This document shows positions 15,401-22,940 of a DNA stretch of 24,618 nt, one piece after another (the stretch's first letter is position 1; the number at the start of each line of letters is the position of its first letter). The translations under genes and the position numbers were made by a program. The notes under the pieces were generated by a model. It was not told the origin of the DNA and searched no databases. It was given only the letters and a program-made list of their open reading frames with translations. Origin of the DNA: a virus (lineage: Duplodnaviria; Caudoviricetes); IMG/VR virus record IMGVR_UViG_3300020203_000096, positions 1-24,618 of that record; one strand, written 5' to 3'.

Positions 15401-17016
15401 CTGCCGGAGTGTCAAGTGCCACTCAACTTAGAGTTTTGATTGCTGGTCTTGAAGACGGGACAACGACCGGAGCCCAACTTCGTTTGGCTCTGTTGCAGAT
15501 TGCTTCGTCAACGGGCGGTGTCCTCGGTGATCTTGCTCTTGAAGCGATTGAACTGTCCAGATCTTCTGATGAGGCTGGAACAGACACGGAACGTTTGAGA
15601 GCGATCCTTGCAGTTCTTGGAGGAACGGCTGGGAGTGCAGATCGTGCTCTCCTTGGGCTTTCCGGAAGTGCGAATGTTGCTGCATCAAGTGTCCGTGGTC
15701 TCGGTGGTGCTGCGATGGCGACAATCAATGCTCTCAGAACTTTGGCAGGATTTGTTCCTGAACTGGCTGCTGCTCAAGACGTAGCAGATCAAATGCTAGA
15801 CGCCCAGACCGCCTTCCAAAGCGGAGTTGGTGGACTTGATCAACAACTCAGTGCTGGGACACTTTCTCTCGATAACTATGCAGCACAGATCAGTCGTCTG
15901 CAAGAGACCTACGCTCTAGCTCGTTCAGAGATCGATGGGACTGCCGCTGCCCAAAGAAGTGCGAACGAGGCTTTCAAAGAATACACCGATGACAGTGCTC
16001 TCGGTGCGCTTGATGATCGTGCTCGTGCTATTGAAACGGAAACTCGTCGCTACAACGAATTGGTCGCAACTCTGCAGACCGGTGAAAATGCGACTTCCAG
16101 AATTGCAGACGTCACTGCTCAGTTTCAGCAGAGGCTTGCTACAGTCAACGCAGAATTCGATGCTCTCGCTGAGGGCAATTCTGGTGGTGCCTCTGGTGCT
16201 GCGAAGACTGTTGAAGAAATCTCCGATGCAATGGAAAGAAAACTGGAGATCGTCGATTCTCTTCTGGAGCCGCTGAGAACTTATACCATGGAAATGGAAA
16301 TTCTCAATCAACTGCTGCAAGAAGGAACTCTAAATCAAGATCAATTCTCTCAGTCCGTTCTTACTGCTCGTATCAGGTTCCTTGAAAGCCAGACTACGAT
16401 GCAGGCCGGTTTTGAGAGAGGGTTCCTCAAAATCATCGAGCAGACTGCCGACGCAGCCTCGCAGATGGAGAATATCATCACGACTGCCTTCGATGGTATG
16501 TCGTCTGCGATCGCTGATCTTGTTGTCGATGGAACTGCAGATTTCGGCTCTCTGATCCGTAACATCAACAAGATGATAGTTCAGCTTGTCGTCTCTCAAG
16601 GCTTCCAACAGTTGTTTGGTGGTGAAACCGGACTTGGTGGCGAGGGTGGTGGAACTAAGAAAGGTCTCTTTGGAGCCTTCTCTGGTTTCCTTGGAGGCAT
16701 TGTTGACAGTATATTCGGGATCGGAGAGGCGGCTATCCCAGGAGCGGCGCAGGGTGGTAGTTTCCAAGTGGGACCGAGTTCAGGCTTCGGTGGGTTGGAC
16801 GGGCATGACAATCGTCTTGTCCCGCTTCGTTTGAAAGATGGTGAGCATGTTGAAATCACTCCTCGAGGAGAAGAGCCCGGTGGCGGTCGTGGTAGCACAG
16901 GAACGACTGTGATCTTCAACGTAACCACTCCCGATGCACAATCGTTTCAAGCAAGTCAAAGTCAGCTTGCCGCTCGTGCCGCTCGTATGATCAGTTCTGG
17001 TAGAAGGAACATGTGA
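12472..17016 (+). CDS. Tail tape measure protein
   Basis: 1514 aa, Ala/Leu-rich and helical. N-terminal tape-measure domain (NRLRLVT...LFAIS.RTR; ALIQLSQG...LGGDELRSVLEQLP). C-terminal VIFNVTTPDAQSF.ASQSQLAA resembles GTA-type tape-measure ends. Confidence 0.95.
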   Translation: MTTEIINIVIRSVGARVVKRELESIGESATGAARGVTGLQTAIVTVGLAAVVAVTGLVRMLDTLTGFENRLRLVTSTSREFNDVQAELFAISARTRSDFETTAQIYTRTALSVRELGISQRQTLAFTESLNQAVVLSGASAREANAALIQLSQGIASDRLGGDELRSVLEQLPFVADIIAKELGLTRGKLRELGRTGAITGKTILDAFRNARREINDKFLETIPTISQAFNVLRTNLLEVLDALDDTTGASGAVANAIIGIANSLQIALPVLAAFGISLAVRFASRYIAGITAAIASEIRFQMAVQSGSVILRNSAREEQLRSAALLASATAQNTSSVAKVRDIQLTVAGLQSNLETIKLQRAQAANYVQLQQGIALATGRTSGLIAARISLNNSSRALIVTERALRAVTGELTAAQLLLTGSTSALSAAQARAAAATALTATFGATLIRLIPGLGLVVTAFTRLITLLGGPLSAAFIALFVIFALYKSQSKIIEEANRAVEDTVFSLKSAYEEVGGVLEDVTEDLLGFTEIELLTQITEQADLAAKSMRSLDKDIFAVSLLLKKEIGESPITAFLDEASVKLKDGTLNLEEFRDGLSDISVGIDPSALTAFLDEASVKLKDGTLNLEEFRDGLSDISVGIDPRALTAFLDEVFENLKDGTLNLEEFRDGLSDISVGNDPGALSLITNLIKLSRDTGSTVESLNRLQDVLTVITGTEAEASAALERLGISAGGAGDAIAVAVKDIDTFEDALTAISNFIPEFERAAKVQEDIAKVTAIYKAGLAILNTQLTEGKISQVTFSDATQTLGQRLIAAIAVIDGTTEAIEKATTAYDSYINRSDLDAGLSRRQESLRREEEALADVTAELTKNNATVDLFTGTSNVYVERLKEINDQFDRLANENRFSQTSAEVEATVKVMTDAFARLGENFDSLNEQTTGLSISDVSALLDVQLLNTEQRTQSLTEMLSGLADGLQETGSAGVSSATQLRVLIAGLEDGTTTGAQLRLALLQIASSTGGVLGDLALEAIELSRSSDEAGTDTERLRAILAVLGGTAGSADRALLGLSGSANVAASSVRGLGGAAMATINALRTLAGFVPELAAAQDVADQMLDAQTAFQSGVGGLDQQLSAGTLSLDNYAAQISRLQETYALARSEIDGTAAAQRSANEAFKEYTDDSALGALDDRARAIETETRRYNELVATLQTGENATSRIADVTAQFQQRLATVNAEFDALAEGNSGGASGAAKTVEEISDAMERKLEIVDSLLEPLRTYTMEMEILNQLLQEGTLNQDQFSQSVLTARIRFLESQTTMQAGFERGFLKIIEQTADAASQMENIITTAFDGMSSAIADLVVDGTADFGSLIRNINKMIVQLVVSQGFQQLFGGETGLGGEGGGTKKGLFGAFSGFLGGIVDSIFGIGEAAIPGAAQGGSFQVGPSSGFGGLDGHDNRLVPLRLKDGEHVEITPRGEEPGGGRGSTGTTVIFNVTTPDAQSFQASQSQLAARAARMISSGRRNM
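14186..14519 (+). repeat. 111-bp (37-aa) in-frame tandem triplication in the tape measure gene
   Basis: Units start at 14186, 14297 and 14408 (TAFLDEASVKLKDGTLNLEEFRDGLSDISVGIDPSAL). Copies 1 and 2 differ at one base that I can see. Confidence 0.97.
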
Positions 17017-17648
17017 TGGCTTTTCACGAAGTTCTTTTTCCAAGTGACATCAGTCGTGGCTCAAGCGGAGGTCCTCGTCGTCTCACTGACGTAGTGACCC
17101 TTCGTTCGGGATTTGAGTTTCGCAACTCTCTTTGGGCTAATTCTCGCCGTTCATACAATGCTGGACTCGGCCTTCGCCATATGGATCATCTTTACACAGC
17201 CATTGAATTCTTTGAAGCCCGTCGTGGTCGACTCCATGGGTTTCGTTGGAAAGATTGGTCAGACTTCAAATCTGGATCACCGACATCTACTATCACCAAT
17301 GCTGATCAACAGATTGGAACTGGTAACGGTGTGATAACGGTTTTTCAGTTGACGAAACTGTATTCCTCATCTTCAAGCCCTTACACCAGAGAAATCAAGA
17401 AACCAGTGGCTGGGAGTTTGACAGTTGCGATCAATGGGGTTGCGAAGACAATAACGACTGACTACACTATTGACACGACAACTGGCTTGGTGACGTTCCT
17501 CGTTGCTCCAGGGAACACTTTGTCAGTGACTGCCGGTTTCGAATTCGATGTGCCAGTTCGTTTCGATCAAGATGAAATTCTCGTGAATGTGGAACTGTTC
17601 GACTCTGGACAGGTCCCTGACTTGAGTATCATGGAGATTCGCATATGA
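17016..17648 (+). CDS. Distal tail protein, DUF2460/TIGR02217 (RcGTA g12-like)
   Basis: MAFHEVLFP.DISRGSSGGP, FFEARRGRLHGFRWKDWSDF and VTAGFEFDVPVRFD motifs. ATG overlaps the tape-measure stop. Confidence 0.93.
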   Translation: MAFHEVLFPSDISRGSSGGPRRLTDVVTLRSGFEFRNSLWANSRRSYNAGLGLRHMDHLYTAIEFFEARRGRLHGFRWKDWSDFKSGSPTSTITNADQQIGTGNGVITVFQLTKLYSSSSSPYTREIKKPVAGSLTVAINGVAKTITTDYTIDTTTGLVTFLVAPGNTLSVTAGFEFDVPVRFDQDEILVNVELFDSGQVPDLSIMEIRI

Positions 17649-18523
17649 GCAAGCTAGTCTCTTCTGCTCTACAGGTTCATCTCGATACGCGTGAAGTAAC
17701 GATGGCTCACTGTTGGAAAGTCACTCGATTGGATGGCACTGTCCAGGGTTTCACTGAGCATGATGTTCCACTGACTTTCGACTCTGTTACGTTTGAGGCA
17801 GACTCTGGATTTACTGCAACAAAGATAGATTCAAGCATTGGTCTATCTGTTGATAACCTCAATGTCGAAGGTGCCTTGAGTAGCGACACTATCAACGAAG
17901 ACGATCTTTCTTCCGGCAGGTATGATGATGCCCAAGTGGAACTCTATTGGGTGAACTTCGAAGACGTCTCGCAGAGAGTCCTCCTCAGCAAAGGAAATCT
18001 TGGTCAAGTCAAAAGAGGCGAACTCGCCTTCGATGCTGAATTGCGTTCGCAGAGCCAGAGACTTCAACAGACCACTGGACGGATATACTCAAGAACTTGC
18101 GATGCCATTTTCGGTGACTCTCGCTGTGGAGCAGACCCGACTTCTTTCGACAGCACCGGAACAGTGTCAAACGTGGTTGATAATCGCCAGATGGTTGTCA
18201 CCGGACTCTTAAACGATGTGACAGATTATTACACTTTTGGACTTCTGGAATTCACCAGCGGGGCGAATAACGGATTGAAGTTCGAAGTCAAGAGACACGA
18301 GCCAGGACTGTTAATCTTGTGGGATCAGCCGCCTTTCAACATTGCAAACACTGACACATTTGATGTCATCGCTGGCTGCAACAAATATGATACAACTTGC
18401 GCTTCGAAGTTCTCGAACATCGTGAATTTCCGTGGATTCAATTTCATTCCTGGGTCAGACTATCTCACTCGGTATGCTTTGAGAGACGGATCGCAAATTG
18501 GTCAAAGCATTTTCAATGAGTGA
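17645..18523 (+). CDS. Baseplate hub protein, DUF2163/TIGR02218 (RcGTA g13-like)
   Basis: CWKVTRLDG...GFTEHD, GLSVDN..VEGALSS, GRYD.A.V and four Cys (TCDAIFGDSRC; GCNK..TTC..KFSN..NFRGF) matching the metal-cluster motif. Confidence 0.93.
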   Translation: MSKLVSSALQVHLDTREVTMAHCWKVTRLDGTVQGFTEHDVPLTFDSVTFEADSGFTATKIDSSIGLSVDNLNVEGALSSDTINEDDLSSGRYDDAQVELYWVNFEDVSQRVLLSKGNLGQVKRGELAFDAELRSQSQRLQQTTGRIYSRTCDAIFGDSRCGADPTSFDSTGTVSNVVDNRQMVVTGLLNDVTDYYTFGLLEFTSGANNGLKFEVKRHEPGLLILWDQPPFNIANTDTFDVIAGCNKYDTTCASKFSNIVNFRGFNFIPGSDYLTRYALRDGSQIGQSIFNE

Positions 18524-18929
18524 TCGCATAACAGAGATAGCCCGTGAATGGCTCGGGACTCCTTACATGCACCAGATGTCTGAGATTGGTATAGGCTGCG
18601 ACTGCCTAGGCCTCCTCCGAGGTGTGTGGCGCACCTATTACCAACGGTCGGAGCCAGAGGAAGCTCCGAACTATACAGCCTCTTGGGGAGACCACAGAAC
18701 TGACGACCCACTCTTGGCTATTGCCAAGAAACACTTTGATGCGGTAACATGCCTTGAGCAAGCCGAGGTTTTAATGTTTCGTATGCGACCGACCGTTGCT
18801 GTAAAGCATTGCGCCATCTACACCGGAAACAAGGTCATGATTCACGCCTATTCGAATCACATGGTAAGAGAAGAGGAATTCACTGACTGGTGGAATAAAA
18901 AACTCGTCGGTAAATTCAGGTTCAAATGA
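18516..18929 (+). CDS. NlpC/P60 cell-wall peptidase, TIGR02219 (RcGTA g14-like)
   Basis: AREWLGTPY.HQ, GCDCLGLLRGVWR (catalytic Cys), KHCAI and MIHAY. ATG 18516 preferred. Confidence 0.93.
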   Translation: MSDRITEIAREWLGTPYMHQMSEIGIGCDCLGLLRGVWRTYYQRSEPEEAPNYTASWGDHRTDDPLLAIAKKHFDAVTCLEQAEVLMFRMRPTVAVKHCAIYTGNKVMIHAYSNHMVREEEFTDWWNKKLVGKFRFK

Positions 18930-21900
18930 ATGGTCTCTCTTCTTCTCACATCAGCAGTTGCCGCCTCTAGCCTCACAGGGTTTTCCTTGTTCGCAGCAAG
19001 TTTGGCGGCTGCGACGATTGGTAACTTCATTGACAGCAAACTGTTTCCAACAAATATCAGTCAAGAGGGACCAAGACTTGAGAGCATCAATCTCAGCACG
19101 TCTTCAGAAGGACAGCCTGTAAAGAGACTGTTTGGAACTTCTCGCCTTGGTGGGAACATGATATGGGTCACGAATTTTCGTGAGGTTTCTACTACCACGA
19201 CTCAAAGTGTAGGTGGAAAGGGAGGCGGTGGCGATACAATCTCAAACATTGAATACACATATTTCGTGAGTGTTGCTTTCGCTTTCTGCGAGGGTAATCC
19301 TCGTGCTTCTCTTGGGCGTATATGGGTAGACAATCGTCTCATGGAGACCAGTGGAATTATCTACAGGTTCTACCCTGGATCAGAAACACAGACAGTTGAC
19401 CCGAAGATCTTACAAATTGAAGGTGTAGAGTCAGCCTCTGCTTTTAGAGGAATTGCTTACATAGTTTTTGAAGAACTTGATCTCACAGAATTCGGAAATC
19501 GCATTCCGATGATAACAGCTGAGATTAATGTTCCTGTATATGATCTATCAGCAGATTTGTTAGAGAATTTAATTCAAAGCGTAAACTTGATTCCATCAAC
19601 TGGTGAGCAAGCGTATGCAACGACTCCAACTGTAACCTTGATAGATGACCAAGTTTCTTTTTCAAACTCCAATCTCAGTGCAGACAAAACTGATTTTGTA
19701 TGGTCTATGGAGAATTTGAAGTCACAAATGCCGAATGTCACGAGTTTGAATCTTGTGATCTCTTGGTTTGGTGATGATCTACGTCTCGGCTCTGGGACTA
19801 CGAAACCAAAGGTAGAGTTCGGACCATCTGTCAGCAGCAATTATGTCTCTGGGATAAAAGGACTGATAGACTCTGACTATGGTTTCACACAATCGACCGA
19901 TGACACTTGGACTGTCAACGGTTTGAACAGAAACAACGCAGATGTCGTTTCTAGAGATGCTCTGGACAATCCGAATTTTGGAGGGACTCCTGCTGATTGG
20001 TCAGTGACAGAGGCAATTCTATACACGATAGACACGGCGGGACTTGATGTTCATTTCTATCCGTTTATATTGATGGACATTGTCGCTGGGAACACTCTTC
20101 CGAACACTGACGGAGTGACGACTGGTCAGCCAATTTTCCCATGGAGAGGAAGAATTACTGTTTCTGCACCCTCTGTCGATAAGATGGCTGCTGCTGGAAC
20201 GGAGATGGATGCCTACATGGGTTCTGTCACAAGAACTCAGTTCTCTAACACTGGAACTAGGATAACCTACTCAGGTGCTGCTGGCGATTGGGGATATCGT
20301 CGTTTCATCTTCTTCTATGCTCATCTATGTGCTGCTGCTGCTGCTGTGAGTGTGACCCCGACACGCTTCAAGACTTTCTACATCGGAACAGAACTCGTTG
20401 GTATCAACAGAGTGAGAAACAATGCTGGCGTCTATGTTGGAACAGCCGCTCTTGTATCTATTCTCAACGATGTCCGATTAATCTTCGACAGCTACGGAAT
20501 GACTCACGTAGAACTTTCGTATGCTGCTGACTGGAGCGAATATCATTCTCATCGCCCAGAGGATGCCTCTGGAGATGTCTTGTTTCCTTTGGATGCAATC
20601 TGGTCGAATGCCGACTGTGACCATATTGGCATAGACAACTATACTCCTATCTCCGATTGGCGGGACGGAACGTCTCATCTTGACTTTGGTGTAGGGAACG
20701 ACGTTTATGGAAACCCAAGAGCGAGATACATCTACGATCAGTCTTACCTGAAAGGTCAGATCGAAGGTGGAGAACTCTTCGACTATTTCTACGCGAGTTC
20801 AGCAGATCGGGCCTCTCAGACGAGGACTCCGATTCAAGATCTGGCTCACAGCGAGCATTGGATTTTCCGTCAAAAAGACATGAGAAACTGGTGGTCCAAC
20901 ACTCACCATCCTCGCCCCCTGGGAGTCAGGGCCGCTTCTCCTTCTTCTTGGGTTGCTAGTTCAAAGAGAATTCGTTTCTCAGAATTCGGTGTTCCAACTA
21001 TTGACAAAGGGACAAATCAACCGAACGTATTCTTTGATCCGAAATCGTCTGAAAGCTTCGTTCCTTATTTCTCTAACGGAAACAGAGACGATCAAATTCA
21101 GCGTTCTTATTATGAGGCAATGATCACTTATTGGAGAGACAACTCTCCCACTTCTCCCATACGTATGATCGCATCTGCGGAAATGTGTGCATGGGCTTGG
21201 GATGCTCGTCCTTATCCTGCATTTCCGTATCGTTCAGATTTTTGGTCAGACTCTCCAAACTGGACTTTCGGTCATTGGCTGAATGGCCGTGCTGGCTCTG
21301 TTCCGTTGGCAGAGTTGGTGAAGATGATCTGTTCGTGGGTTGGGTTCACTGCCGCTGATCTTGACGTCACCGAACTAATTGGTAGGAATTCGATAGTTCG
21401 TGGCTATGTGATCGATAATCAATCTTCACCAAGAGCGTCTTTGGACCCTCTCTTCTCAGCTTATCTTTTTGATGGCTTCGAGTCTCAAGGTAAGATGAAG
21501 TTTGTCCTTCGTGAATACACAACATTCGAAGAGATCGATGTTCAGGATCTTGTGTCTCAGGGTGGGGCCAAGAGTTCTGGATATCAGATCACCAGAGCCC
21601 AAGAGACAGAGATGCCACAGAACTCGTCTGTGTCGTTCATCAACCCTGCTGATGATTATCAAGTAGCGACTGCCACTGGAAGTCGCCAGACAACGACAAG
21701 CAAGACTTCTGTCGACATGAGATATCCTTTGGTGTTTGAAACTGGTTCAGCGAAGATGCTCGCTGAGATCATGATTCAACAGGCATGGGCTGCTCGTGAA
21801 AGCATCGAGTTGGCCTTGAGCAACGATCGCATCAAATATGATCCTGGTGATGGATTCTCAATAACTATCGGAAATCGTCTCAAGAAGTTTCGCTTCTCCG

Positions 21901-22940
21901 GAATCTCCAAAGGGGACTATCTTGAGATTGATGGAAACGGCATGGACGTCTCAATCTACGATGCAGTCTCCAGCAACTATGGGAGCAACACGACGAGCAT
22001 TCTCTCAACAATCGGCAGCACGAATCTGTATTTCATGGATCTCCCCTTGGTGACTGGTGACGAGCCTCGTCCTTGGGCTCCAAGAGTGGCGGCTTTCCAA
22101 ACTCCGTTTCCTCGCTCGGTAGATATCTATGAAGTGACGAACAATGGTGCTGACTTGAGTTTCAATAATAGTATATTGGTTCCATCCCAAATGGGAATTC
22201 TGTCCGCCGCTCTGCAGATTGGACCGCACGAGATCATCGATGAGGGGAATGTTCTATCAATCGATCTTCGGTCTACGAGTTTCCAGATTCTCAGCGAAAC
22301 CGAAGAGAATGTTCGCAACGGGGCAAACGCAATCGCCATATTGACTCCTAGTGGAAACTGGGAAATACTGAAGTTTGTGAATTCTTCTTTCGTTAGTGGA
22401 GCAAGATATGATCTTACTAGACTGTTTCGTGGTCAACTCGGGACTTGGCCTATCATGGAAGTCATTCCGATTGGCTCACCGTTTGTGATTTTGAATCCTG
22501 CTGGAACGAATGTTCTTTCTATAGCGGCCGAAAGAAAACTTGATGCCATCACTTGGAGATATGGTCCGAACGTTTACGGGACGGCAAGTCCCTTCTTTAG
22601 AACTCAAACTCACACTGGTAAAGCTGTTGGAGAACTTCCTTATCCAGTGGCTGATGTTCAGTTTTTCAAGACTGCTGCTGCCGATGTTCTCATTACTTGG
22701 AGACGGCAAACCAGATTTAATGGTGAAGGATTTGATGCTGCAATCGTGCCTTTGAACGAGGACGATGAGCGGTATGAAATCGATTTACTTACGAGCCTTG
22801 ATGTGCTAATAACTACCGTGACGACAACCGTTGCATCTTACAGTTATGTTGGAGCGCCAGCGAACTTCAAAGCGCGAATTCATCAGATGTCTACCAATAT
22901 CGGCAGGGGAAGACCAGTGACAAAACAGAGTCCCTTCTAA
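18930..22940 (+). CDS. Megatron / central tail-tip protein with GTA TIM-barrel domain (RcGTA g15-like)
   Basis: 1336 aa. EGPRL, SSEG.P..R.FG, AFRGIAYIVFE.LDL..FGNRIP, SYAADWSEY, IGIDNY.PISDW, DKGTNQPNVFFDPKSSES, WAWDARPYP and GHWLNGR motifs. Confidence 0.93.
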   Translation: MVSLLLTSAVAASSLTGFSLFAASLAAATIGNFIDSKLFPTNISQEGPRLESINLSTSSEGQPVKRLFGTSRLGGNMIWVTNFREVSTTTTQSVGGKGGGGDTISNIEYTYFVSVAFAFCEGNPRASLGRIWVDNRLMETSGIIYRFYPGSETQTVDPKILQIEGVESASAFRGIAYIVFEELDLTEFGNRIPMITAEINVPVYDLSADLLENLIQSVNLIPSTGEQAYATTPTVTLIDDQVSFSNSNLSADKTDFVWSMENLKSQMPNVTSLNLVISWFGDDLRLGSGTTKPKVEFGPSVSSNYVSGIKGLIDSDYGFTQSTDDTWTVNGLNRNNADVVSRDALDNPNFGGTPADWSVTEAILYTIDTAGLDVHFYPFILMDIVAGNTLPNTDGVTTGQPIFPWRGRITVSAPSVDKMAAAGTEMDAYMGSVTRTQFSNTGTRITYSGAAGDWGYRRFIFFYAHLCAAAAAVSVTPTRFKTFYIGTELVGINRVRNNAGVYVGTAALVSILNDVRLIFDSYGMTHVELSYAADWSEYHSHRPEDASGDVLFPLDAIWSNADCDHIGIDNYTPISDWRDGTSHLDFGVGNDVYGNPRARYIYDQSYLKGQIEGGELFDYFYASSADRASQTRTPIQDLAHSEHWIFRQKDMRNWWSNTHHPRPLGVRAASPSSWVASSKRIRFSEFGVPTIDKGTNQPNVFFDPKSSESFVPYFSNGNRDDQIQRSYYEAMITYWRDNSPTSPIRMIASAEMCAWAWDARPYPAFPYRSDFWSDSPNWTFGHWLNGRAGSVPLAELVKMICSWVGFTAADLDVTELIGRNSIVRGYVIDNQSSPRASLDPLFSAYLFDGFESQGKMKFVLREYTTFEEIDVQDLVSQGGAKSSGYQITRAQETEMPQNSSVSFINPADDYQVATATGSRQTTTSKTSVDMRYPLVFETGSAKMLAEIMIQQAWAARESIELALSNDRIKYDPGDGFSITIGNRLKKFRFSGISKGDYLEIDGNGMDVSIYDAVSSNYGSNTTSILSTIGSTNLYFMDLPLVTGDEPRPWAPRVAAFQTPFPRSVDIYEVTNNGADLSFNNSILVPSQMGILSAALQIGPHEIIDEGNVLSIDLRSTSFQILSETEENVRNGANAIAILTPSGNWEILKFVNSSFVSGARYDLTRLFRGQLGTWPIMEVIPIGSPFVILNPAGTNVLSIAAERKLDAITWRYGPNVYGTASPFFRTQTHTGKAVGELPYPVADVQFFKTAAADVLITWRRQTRFNGEGFDAAIVPLNEDDERYEIDLLTSLDVLITTVTTTVASYSYVGAPANFKARIHQMSTNIGRGRPVTKQSPF

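Noticed and set aside
17016-22940. Chromosomal gene transfer agent cluster
   Set aside because: The head genes are not RcGTA-type (no HK97 protease, different portal and capsid), the tape measure is far longer than in GTAs, and no host genes flank the module.
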